Positions 51,998-62,989 of a stretch of DNA of 64,000 bases are shown in pieces. Under the pieces are notes generated by a model. It had not been told where the DNA came from. It worked only from the letters and a program-made list of their open reading frames with translations, and searched no databases. The DNA is taken from the NCBI GenBank assembly GCA_010093815.1, contig ML996565.1; one strand, written 5' to 3'. The translations under genes and the position numbers were made by a program. The stretch is from Pseudovirgaria hyperparasitica. Lineage: Eukaryota. Within the stretch, counting starts at the first letter, position 1. Each line of letters opens with the position of its first letter.

Positions 51998-53482
51998 CTA
52001 GGATCTCATTCCAAACACTGGTCCGGGCGCCGGTCCCGCGCGATATACTAGCACCTGCCTATGCAGCTCGTCGTACGGATCCACAGGCTCGACATACTGA
52101 CATTGTGTGAACGAGACATAGAGCTGTTTCAGAAACACGCCTTGTCGGTCTTCGCGATAGGTGGAGCCCAGGAGCGGTTTGATGGCGGATGTGGCGGTGG
52201 CAGTATGGTAGAAGGGGATGCGGCTGTGGGACTTGTGTTAGTTTGGTCTTTGTTGGGGAGATTGGGCGAGGGCAAAGGTGGGAAAGGGGCCATACGGAAA
52301 TAGATGGTGCACGACGTGGTAGTCGATGATATTGTGAAATAGAAGGCGTCCGATCCATCCGAAATCGCGATCAATCGTCGCCGTGGCGCCGTGTAGAAAG
52401 GACCATGCTGAATCTTCGTACTTCGGAACCTGCGGGTGTGTATGGTGTAGGTATGTGATTGCGACGATCCAGTGGTTGAGCCAGAGCCAGGGGAACAGAT
52501 ATATGAGGGCGACGGTTTGCCAGGAGGTTGCTAGGACGAGCTTATAGAGCAGGAATGTAGTCGCTAGAATGCCCATGTCGGAGGCGAGGATATAGTATGC
52601 TTCAGAGTGGCAGAAGAGCGTGCTCCATGGAAGGAAATGACTGTTGCCGAGGAAATGCTGCGAGGGCGGGCCTGAGATACTGTTAGGAGCGGCGGTGATA
52701 TTAGTCAAGAGGTACCAGGGCCAGCCGACGAGTTGCTGGAGAACGATTCGCAGGAGGGTGGAAAGAGGGGAGTCTTCAGCGAGGTGGGCAAGGGGGTCGA
52801 GAGAGTCGAGGGACCTGGACAGACGGGCGAGATATTCGGCCTTGCGTGGAGGCACATAGTTGTGGTCTTTGGCAAGATTGTTGGCGTAAATGTGGTGACG
52901 GCGGTGGGTGGAGCGCCAGGCAAAGTAGGGCGTGAGAAGGGCAGAATGGAGGAGGAAGCCGATAGTGTTATTGAGGGTATCAGAGGGCGAGAAGGCTGAA
53001 TGGCCACATTCATGGCCGAGAACCTTTGGAAAGGGGTCAGTCGAAGGGCAGGAGAGTGGAGTGGGTGAATATATAAATCATTGGACTTACCCAGAGTCCG
53101 GTCAGGACTAGGCCTTGGGCGTAACCATATAAGAGCCAAGCACTGGTGCGTAGCAGAGCGTTGGGAATCTGCGGGATGTAGAGGAAAGCAACAGCACATA
53201 GAGTTGTGGCGAGAACCAGGTCTCGGACAGTGTAGTAGAAGGCGTAGCGGTATAGGGGTTTGAAGCAATGAGCTGGAATGGCTTTGCGAAGGTCGTCCAC
53301 TGTGACCGAGGAATGTAGTTTCTCAAACTCTATTAGCGACGCTGTCTACGTACATAATAGGGGTGGCTTACACCTGCCTCGCACCTCTGTGACGGTTGAT
53401 CTTTGCTGTTAACATCACAAACATACTTGAGTTCATCCCCTTTCTTGTTGGATGTGTCCGTCTTCTCGTTGTATTCGTCCAT
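51998..53482 (-). CDS. Membrane fatty-acid desaturase, Delta12/Delta15 (FAD2/omega-3) family
   Basis: LRKAIPAHCF, three His boxes HECGH, HRRHH and HVVHH, plus WIVAITYLHHT and GATATIDRDFG. Three introns; stop TAG at 51998-52000. Confidence 0.9.
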
Positions 53483-54066
53483 CTTGTCTTGCTCTGATGC
53501 ATGGGCATGCAGAATACAAGAACGAGCCAGAAAGGTGCCCAAATATATACATATACAGAAGGCTAAGCTATGGTACGGAAGCACTCCCGTATCCCGATCC
53601 CCACTTCATAGCTTAATCGAAATGTTGCATATTATGGTTTTTCAGTTTTCCCAGGCAATCACGGGGCCGAGTGAAAACGAACTGCGCCCCTCGGGTAGGC
53701 TCCATACGATACATCACTTGCCACCTTCCACACCCACATCCAGAGCATCCCATCTGATTGGCACGATTTTTAAAATAATCTTTATGTCACCTCTGCTCTT
53801 GTAAATCCCCACGGTCCATTCTCAGGTTCTGTTCTCGAACGGGCGGGTTCATGATCTTGAAGCTCTTACCAGCACGTCGTATTCAGTTGTGCCATGACAA
53901 ATGATATGACCGAGGCGGCGTCGTATAGTTATGAGGTTATGAAGAGTAGTAATACTGAGACTTCGGCATGTACAATCGGATACAATCTGAGGGCTTAGAT
54001 TAGGTTTATATGATTAGTCGCCCTAAAAGTACAGACTAAGCTTATAATTTATACTAAGGGATTTAC

Positions 54067-54267
54067 ATTACTCAAGCTAGATTAGATATATAGAGTATAT
54101 AGACCAAGACCTTTTTATAGGCGAGTTTCAGGTATAAGTAGAGAAACCTAAGACAGAAATTAAAGCTTAAGGCTGCAGTTCAAACCTTAGGTTTCTATTA
54201 TGCCTGAATCTCGCCTGTAAGGCCTTAGTCTATATACACCCTATATATTCAATCTAACATAAGCAAT
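54067..54267. repeat. Degenerate inverted repeat (foldback/MITE-like relic)
   Basis: Arm 54067-54152 aligns to the reverse complement of 54186-54267 (shared tagatt..atatatag..tatatagac.aag.cctt..aggcgag.ttcagg.ataa..agaaacctaag). Confidence 0.75.
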
Positions 54268-54896
54268 CTGACCCGTTGGATCAAGGTTATATCGTCTTGG
54301 TAATCTTTTTTGAGGCGCAGATTGAGTTTGTATTCTCTATTAGAATTCTTGACCAGATCGAGCTTGCATGGATTCGGATTGTTTGCCATGCCGCAGTCTG
54401 GTACTAATACTATGTACGTACTGTGTTGATGGAACTGATGTGGAAGCCGAGGAAACGTAAGTGAATTAAGGGGGACCCGGACATGAGATAACAGTATGAG
54501 GAAAAGACTCATAACTGTCAATCATAAAACTCCGTCGAAGCAGCGAAAAGAAAACGTGTCCATGAAATAGAAACACGATAAAGGTTTGGAGCTACCGAGA
54601 GATCTAACCCAGTATAGCGTAGCTTAGCTCCCGTCTTCATCCTTGAGGCTCAATCCAGTCTAGTCTGTCTCTTGTTGCGCATTTGCTCCACCTGCAATGT
54701 CACACACTGCTTCTTCCCTTAAAAGCGATATTTTAAGGGTCCATCAACGCAGCCCAACTCCACACACAGGGACAGGAAGCTGTGCATCGTCATAGCACTC
54801 TTATTTGGCAGAATTCGGAACTTCGTGATGCCATTGAATTTCGTAAACAGGTCCCCTGATCCCTCGTCTTGTCCAAAACAAAACAAACTTTCGACA

Positions 54897-56648
54897 CTAG
54901 TACTTAACACCACCCTTGCCCTTGCCTGCCACACTCTCCACATCGAGTCTCCCATCAAATTCTTCACTTTCCGCATCCGCGCCATCGGCAACACTCAAGT
55001 TACGCACCTCATCTCCAACCTCCATCCAGCTGTCCGCACACGCCGGCACCGGGCTGACCGTGCACAAGCCCCAATACACTCCGGCCGCAACAATGAACCC
55101 AGCGAAGAAGTTGAGGTTGTAGATGTACATTGCGCCCGCAGGCACGGTCTTGCCATTCTTCTGTGCGCCGTAGATTGCGCCGACGAAGCCGACGATGTTG
55201 GGCAGGATGCCCGCAATGTACGCGACGTAGCCGCGCCAGTGTACGCCAGACGTGAAGTAGTAAGGGCCGGAGCGGCGGGCGGAGTAGAGGGCGCGCACGT
55301 CTAGGTAGCCTTTACGCACGAGATAGTAGTCTGCGATGATGACACCGGCGATGGAGGAGAGGAAGACGGAGTAGGCGGAGAGGTAAGTGGTGAAGTTGTT
55401 GCTGCTGGATAGTAGATTCCATGGGCACATTACCAGGCCCACGAGCGCGCACACGTAGCCGCCGCGGCGAATGTTGATGTAGCGCGGTAGCAGGGCGGTC
55501 ATGTCTGTGCCTGCGGAGACGGAATTTGCGGCGATGTTGGTGCCCAGCTGGGCGAGAGTGAAGGCAGCGGCGATGATGAAGACCCCGAAGCGCTGGCCGG
55601 AGCCGGCGTTGGGCTCATCGAGGAAGGCTTTGAGGAGATCGAGTGGGTTCCAAATTGCCTCACCGCCGAAGATCACGGTGGATGAGGACGACACGATGAT
55701 GCCAATAAAGGAGGTGATGGCGAAGCCGATTGGAATGGTGAAGAGTTGTGACCAGAGCGCGTCCCGTGGCTTGCGGGCGAAACGGGCAAAATCAGGATCG
55801 TTGACGATGAGAGTTGCGAAATTGGCAATAGAGGACATTATGCCTTTGACCATAGCCCAGCCTAAGGTGTTGCCAGAGATCGTGGCGGGTTGGTGGACGA
55901 TTGGGCCAATGCCGTGGGCACGAACAATAGCCCAAATGAAGAAGGCAATACCGGCAGTAGGCACGAAGAATGCTTTCGCAGTGAAGAGATGGCGAATCTT
56001 GTGGACGGGGAACCAGATGGCGGGCAGAGAGCCTATCCAGAAGAAGAGGAAGGAGACGAACATGACAGTGGAGGTGCCGGAGAGGTTGTCAGAGCCAATC
56101 CCGTTGCCCTCACGCCAGTTATTCCAGATGGCGCGGATCATCAGCTGCACACAGTTTCCTCCAATCCATGCCTGCACACCATACCAGATACATGCCATGG
56201 CCGCACGGTTGAAGACAGGCCATAAGGCACCCCATATGCCGAATGAGGAACGTGAGACGACGGGGAAAGAGATGTGGTACTGGGCACCAATACGTCCAGT
56301 CAGTACGACGAAGCCGGCAGCGATCTGATAGCCAATCCAAACACAGAGCCATGATTGCCACCAGGACATGCCATCGACGAGATTCGAGGAGGAGATCATC
56401 CATGTGTTAATGTTGAAGGAGTCAGCTGTAGCATGTTAGACGCACTGTTACCAGTGTGGATTGATTAAAAGGTACGAACCAATCCAGAAACCAACGAAGT
56501 TCCAGGCACCCCACTGTCTTCTCTCAGGCTCAACTGGCTTCAAGTCATGGTTGTGTAGCATCAGTTGACGGGACGTCAATCCAGGCTCACTCTCAACAGC
56601 GATCTTGTCAACTAGACGGCCAACTTTTGAATGCTTCATCTTTTCCAT
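54897..56648 (-). CDS. NCS1-family nucleobase permease (Fur4/Dal4/FurD type)
   Basis: [33 protein letters not shown] across one intron, SRSSFGIWG, ACIWYGVQAW, NDPDFARFA and QLGTNIAANS. Likely start at 56648. Confidence 0.92.
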
Positions 56649-56994
56649 GATGCTAGATTCAATGCTATCAAAGAAAGCTCCAAAGGGATCGGTATCAGCT
56701 TGACCGAACTCCGGCGGGGCAAGAGCTTGGTATAAGTGGCGAGCGACTGGAGTAGAAGAGGAGGATGGGAAGTTGGGAGATGGTGGCTGAATGGTACGGA
56801 CGTGAGGAATGGAAGGATTGTAGGTCGTGGGGGAGGATGATGATGATGAGGGAGCGCCAATAGGGATGAGCAGCGGGGAGCGCTCGTGGCAGTCAGTACG
56901 AGCCAAACCGGCGGTTTATATGGAGAGCAATATCTTCCGGAAACCCGATGTGAGTATCCGAAAAGATGGATGATCGTAGCAGGAGTCTTGTGCA

Positions 56995-57369
56995 AGATAA
57001 TATCGCGATGAAGAGGAGAGGATCAGTATATATGTATTCCTCTATTCCTCGTGGTTGATAGCTCGGCCGAAGAGCAGTGTGGAGAGTCGGAAGCTGAGAT
57101 TTGGGGGGCCACGCGACGAGTATCAGTGTTAGGTATAGCGTGTGGAGTGTCGGCAAGAAGGCGTAAGATGGTTCAATAGGAGGAAGTATTCTCGCTGAAA
57201 AAGAAGAAAAGAAGAAGAGCAGTGTGCTATGTTTGGCCGAAGAGAAACATAAAACTGAGCATAGATAACGAACGTTAAGAGGCATGGCGCGGTTATTATT
57301 TTAGTCTGAAGCCGAGAAGGGCGCCAGGTGGGCCCTAGCCGTACTATGTAGATCTCTTATCAGTTATCA
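56995..57369. promoter_or_regulatory. Cluster of HGATAR (AreA/Nit2-type) sites upstream of the NCS1 permease
   Basis: AGATAA 56995, TGATAG 57056, AGATAA 57263, and tandem TTATCA at 57357 and 57364. Consistent with nitrogen-regulated nucleobase uptake, but GATA hexamers are common by chance. Confidence 0.4.
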
Positions 57370-58426
57370 TTTGTTCCAGAGCGTGTGACATCGACTTCTA
57401 GCGTCTGTCTGGTTGGGGGACTGACCGCATATTAACACACAGTCGATATTCGCTGTTTAGGATGTGATCATTCAGTGCTTCTAGACGATGATGGTGTACA
57501 TATGTTATATGTATATATGTATTTGTATAAGTCTTATTAATGCCGGAGAGCTGCCTGCTTGTCTGGCTCCGGTCGACACCTTAGGACTCAGGCTCGCGCC
57601 TATGCCCATGGGACTTCGATATCAATAATGCAAATAATGGACAATGCACTCACTTCTTTACTAGCTAGAACCCTTTTTCTAACATTAATCAACACCACCC
57701 AGACACCTCCATTCAAGCAACAACAACAAACTGGACTCCAGCCACAGCTACAGCCACATCTACAGCCACAGTGTGTCCCAAATCACACCGCGGCAACGTC
57801 CGAAACTGCAAGTGCAGCCTATGCCCGAACCCGTGCCTATCTCACCGGGAATGGAAGGGGCAATAGTGGTCCGTGCACTGATAAGCTGGTGTTGACTCGA
57901 TGTGATGGAGTAGAGTAACACGGGCTTCTGCCTGTCTAAGGCATCAGCTCTTATGCCTGAGGCATTAAAATGCCATGGCAGGATCTAGAGTCGGTGACAC
58001 CTCAGGCATAACACAATACTGGGGCATCCGGTATAGATCAAGACCTTAATTACTATAAACACCATAGCTTGGTCTACGAAGCATGCGACACATATGCATC
58101 AAGTGTCGTTCTACACGTGGATTCGTTATGCTCGTGGGATCTGGCGTGGGTATGCTGTCTGCTTGACGTGTGTCTGTGTCTTGACTGCTCAGATGCCCTC
58201 GTCAACCTCCTTCTCATCTGCAGCTTCATCCACCACCCGACTGCGGATGAGCTTCTTGAGGAGTCGACGCTCCTCTCTTAGTGTCAGTACTTCGCACCAT
58301 CTACCCACGTAGGCCATGCTATCATGGACCTTGACATGTTGACGTGGCCTATGGCAATCGTGCCTCTCCGTCAGCACTTCACGTCCAACAAATTTCTACT
58401 GTAGTACTGCATCGCTTGCGCAGTCG

Positions 58427-60530
58427 TCAACCCACGATCTCACCCCAGTCTGGGCTGAGCACAAACTTGCCCCTGACCTGCCCGAAGCTCGTCGCGTCAC
58501 CGCCAAAGCCTCCCTTTGCCCTTTCATCGCGCTCAGCACGCTCCTTTGCCTGTGTCGCCATCTTCGTTGCCAACTCCCCATCGCCCATCTCCACGTCCTC
58601 GTCCTCTGTCTTTGCCACTTCCTTGTCCGTCCGGATCACAACGATATCCTCGAGAAACCCTGCTTCGATGCCCATATCTAGTGCGAATGATGTGCCGCCC
58701 CAGGATAGACAGGCCCGCCCAGACTCGTGTATGCGCAGCTTGCCTGCGCAGCCCGCCGCGAATGTCGGATGTAGGTGTGTCTCTGGCTCAGCTTCGACAT
58801 TACTACCATCTTCGTCGACCCCAGGCTTAGTACTCTCGTCAAACTTAACACCCTTCTCCTTCCCTTTGTCTTTCGACAACGGGTGTAACGAGGGCATGAT
58901 AGGCGGGAGTTGAAATAGGTACACGCGGTCTTTCTTCTCGTCGTATGTTTTGGTCGGGTCGAGCACAATATTGCCGAGTTCGTTGCGGATAGCTGCGAGA
59001 CCGGCGTTGTGTCGCGCCCATTCTTGCCGGTCCTCTTCTGTTTGGAGATTTGGTGCGTCGCGGCCAAGGTGACTGGAACGCCGGCGCGCGGGTTTGCGGT
59101 TGCGCGTTGGAGAGGTCGAGGGTGATTTGACTTTTGCAGTGGGAGAGGTAGGTAAAGTTGGGGAGGGAGGCGCGGCTTCAGGGTCTGGCTTGATGGGAGG
59201 TGCCTCGTCCGACGAGTCATTCCATACGCCTTTGAATTGGCTTGAGGATACGACTTCAACGTCGGCCGTCTTCAGCTTAGCTTTACGCTGCACAGGTGAC
59301 GTATTTGAGGCGCCTGGTTCACCTTTGACTGACGTATTGCCATTGCGCACGCCAGTGGGTGCAGCGGACGCTTCCGTGTTGATGCCCATAACGCGATCCT
59401 TGTGTTCAAGCCGGGCGAGACGGACGGGAATGTAATTGGAAGCTGGTGTTTTCTTCGGACGTGAAATAGACGTGGTGTGTGGTGAGTCGTCATCGTCATC
59501 GGAGAGGAGATTCTCAAACGCAGCCACATTGAAACGCGGTCCTTGCTGTTCATCATCTGGATCGGAGGAGATGTATCCCCCATCTACTGACTGTTGATTC
59601 GACGCGAGAGCAGGGTTAGAAGGGTCTTCTTGCTTGATCTTCGAGCGATCGTCGACGCGGGCGCGTTGAACGAACTTGCGCGTTTCTGAACATCTTAGTA
59701 AAGCGCTCTGTGTCATGCATAATATCCTCCTTACCTTGTGCTACACCAGCAGAAAAAGGACCTGCAACACCTATAGGTTGTGATGATCCTCGATCACCCA
59801 TATAGCTGGATCCCCTTCCTCTCCCTCTTCCTCGTCCCCTATCAGATCCTCCTCTTGCTCCCCATCCTGCTCTTCTCAGCGCTGCAGCTGCCGCAGCATT
59901 GTCCTCTGCTTCTTGTGCTGCTTTCTTCAGTCGCTCCTTTGCCTGAAGCTCTGATGTACGAGCATCTCTTTCTTCCTTGCTCCTTCTGCCCTGAAAAAAG
60001 GGTTGGTGTTTTAAAACCTTCTTCCCACCTCTGACAGATGACATTCCAGGGGAAACTGACCGAGCAGGCGAGGCAGCACTGTAAGCTTTGAGCGCAGACA
60101 CCCTCGAGAGCGGTGCAGGTCTGACACTGGCCGGGGTCGACGGACTCGCAGCTGGATTAGAGCTTGTAGTCGCCTCTTGCACATTCGGAGCGTTCACTAC
60201 AGTCCATCCAGAATTTTCTGGCGCTACTTGAGGCGAGTGGGCCTGTGGAGACTCAATGCTCTGCACGGGCGGTGTGGGTGCGTCGTGCATAGGCTGATCG
60301 CCATTGTCCGGGGATGCTGCCTCATCCGAAGCAGGTAAACTGGATGATGAAGCTTCGGGTATGTTGATATTAACGCGCCCATGAAGCACATCTGCTGCTG
60401 TCACAGAATCGTCGATTTCAGCCGAGCCTGTTTCCTCGCCTGGGCTGGGGGCGGTTTTGCTTCGGTCAATACGACGTTTTGTTGCAGGATGACGCTTAGG
60501 TGGAGCCCTTCCGGAGATGCCCTTAGGCAT
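58427..60530 (-). CDS. RPC53: RNA polymerase III subunit C53/RPC4
   Basis: C-terminal Rpc4 domain VYLFQLPP..GKLRIHESGRACLSWGG..GQVRGKFVLSPDW. Long disordered N-terminus with RG repeats and GPFSAG; one intron near 59.7 kb. Confidence 0.85.
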
Positions 60531-61090
60531 GGCTGCGGATATTGAAATTTATATATGATGATCTAGTTCAGTTGTCCCTGAGCATAGTGGAATATGCCTA
60601 GTAAAGTGGACGTGTTCAGGGCTCACATGGTGAAGCCAAGAAAGTGCCAAGACATGGATTTGGAGTGAGCCAAATTGCGGCCACGACTCCGAGTCGAGAA
60701 ACACCAAGCATCTATCCTGGACCAATCTCAACACGCACCTGTTCAACGTCCGAATTTTGTACCTGGACATTCTTCCAATGGACCGCTAGTCTACAGTACC
60801 CTCGCCTATACACAAGATCGTAAGATATGTTGCTCACGAGCACAGCTGCGAGCAACCGCGTCAGCAACCGCGTACTCCGAACACACATTATCCGCGTCTG
60901 CAAGATTATCAGATTGGTGCTTCAAAGAAGTTTTTTGCTATCTGCTCAAGCACCTGCAAATCGCCCCCAACAGTGTTCGCCAATTCCTCATGCACCCATC
61001 CCTTCGTGTACCCACCTCCACAAGTAATTAATTAAGCATTCTCAAGCACGTCAACGAGAATACTATTAGCTTCGCGTCAACTTACAAGAT

Positions 61091-61765
61091 CTAGTGCGTA
61101 TGAAGTTCGTGAGCCGAATGCGCTATTTGCTGCGCCCATTTCTTTCGCGTAGCGAGGCCTGATTCCGGGTCCCGCCCAGCGCAGAACAGTGTCTTATAGC
61201 CGCAATCGATGTATGTCAACAGGAAACCAGCTATTCTCGATTTCCATTCTTCTTCAACCATACCAAGGAGGCGAGAGGTTCGTGTTCGCAGGACCACGGC
61301 GTCATCCCTCGGCGGAACATAGATATGAATTGGACGATATACGGGGAATACAGAGCGGTCGAGCTTTTTGGCGATAGCCAGTAGAACACTAACAAGAGCG
61401 CAGTCTACAGGAGCATCCATTGGGACTAGAACCAGCTCATCTCCTACCAACTATACGGTGTACCTACCTTTCTTGGGAGATAAACTGTCCTTGAGAATGT
61501 AAAGCTGTTTGCATATAAGGGGAGTATTTCTCGGAACAGCAGTAAGAACGGCTTCGTCGCTCGTCCGTAGAACTCTCGTCGAGGACTGATAGGAGTTGAT
61601 TAATGGGATCTTCTGACGGAGGTAGAATGTATTGTGGGTCCGAATGTTCTAAATGAAGCAAATACTCTTGAGCAAGCTTGAGGTGCCTTCGAAATTGGCT
61701 AATGCGGAAATGTGTATCGCTAACAAAGACGTTCAACTCAACATCAGTATTGTGGATCCTGCTCC
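61091..61765 (-). CDS. Hypothetical protein (exon fragments; start unresolved, possibly a pseudogene)
   Basis: Two adjacent minus-strand ORFs (61464-61736 and 61091-61450) with protein-like composition. I found no recognisable family and no convincing start exon. Confidence 0.3.
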
Positions 61766-62989
61766 TGGTTATCCCATCCTAATACAATGGACGCTGAGGC
61801 ATGGCCAGATACGGAGATAGAGCTTTGACTTAGGCAGTACTGCTGAAATGGATGACTGTCCTAGAGGAGGATATCAAAAAAGTAAGACGAGCGCTTGTCG
61901 AATTCATCAGGCAACACAGTCTAAATCACTTATGGGAGGGGGGTCACGTTTATCCGAACTATGCGTTGGCACTGCATCAGCTGTAGCAGTATGTTATAGG
62001 ATATGAGACCATATTACAGGGAACTTCGCAGTCGCTCCCATTGCCGGAGCTCCACTCTACGAACATGTACGTCGAGTCAACCACAGATCCCCTCTCCCAG
62101 ATCACAGAACTTCGAACAGCAGGCTCCATTGATACGACACAACGCTTAACTCAATGAGTTAAACTCCACGAAATGTTCATCGTCTTACTCACATCCACTT
62201 TCGAGACATCTTCGCTCAAGTGTCTATCCACTTGTTAGCGCCTACAATAGACCTTAGAACTTGCCTATTACAGCAGGAAGTGCTTTTTCCATGTTAGGAA
62301 GTGCTGCACATATCGGAGTGAGCATTAAGGCGGTCAATGCTATCGCTGATGAGAGTTTCATATTGAGTATTTCGAGTTGTCAGATGTTAGCGAACATTGG
62401 GGTTTTTAGCCGCAGATGTGATGATTTTCCTCATTTTTGGGCCAAAGCACTCTTATATATCGTTTAAGAAGGGCACACGACCAATTGTCAGACTTGTACT
62501 CAAGGCTCATGCTCATTATAGCTTGGTTTGTTCGTCAGACAGAAGACTTCGATGTTTATACGAAGGACGATTTGTTGATTTGCTTGGAGACGCTCCGAGA
62601 TGACTGTGTGACTTAGTTTGTCACACGTACTCGGTCGAAGTGTCACCATCATTGCTTCTAGCAGGAAGTAACCGTGAGCTGGGCTTTGATCCGGTTGACG
62701 TTCCTCAGGTAGCTTTCGACCAATGAGAAGCGATCTGCACCGCCACTCCACCAAGCCTAACATGGAGATCTCCCTTGCACAAGTGTGCATAATTCTACGT
62801 AGTAGGATCCATCTGCGCTAGTCTGCTCTGTCAGCGTCCGCCATCTCGCAACTAAATATCACGCGATGACTTGGAACGTCATTCCTTGGGGGCCCGATAG
62901 TACATCAGCTATGACCTATCGTTTGTGAGCCCGTCATCATCTGAATCTTAATGCTAAAGGCCTGTTCGAAGCGTCGACTTACATTCTAC

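Noticed and set aside
53300..53375. Possible nested twin intron (stwintron) at desaturase intron 1
   Set aside because: The outer intron would be only about 32 nt with no good branch site. A single 50-nt intron ending in GAG is simpler.
55501..56328. 275-aa plus-strand ORF and similar long antisense ORFs (e.g. 25322-25873, 58344-58913)
   Set aside because: They are antisense shadows of well-supported, codon-biased genes.
56649..56906. TTG-initiated in-frame extension of the NCS1 permease containing an ERSPLL dileucine-like motif
   Set aside because: A TATAAA lies only about 9 nt upstream of the TTG, so it is probably outside the mRNA, and pyrimidine-rich leaders stay open by chance. Ribosome profiling would settle it.
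57735..57775. CAGCCACAGCTA-type tandem repeat encoding QPQLQPHLQPQ
   Set aside because: Three short degenerate units in intergenic DNA, with no support for coding or CRISPR-like structure.
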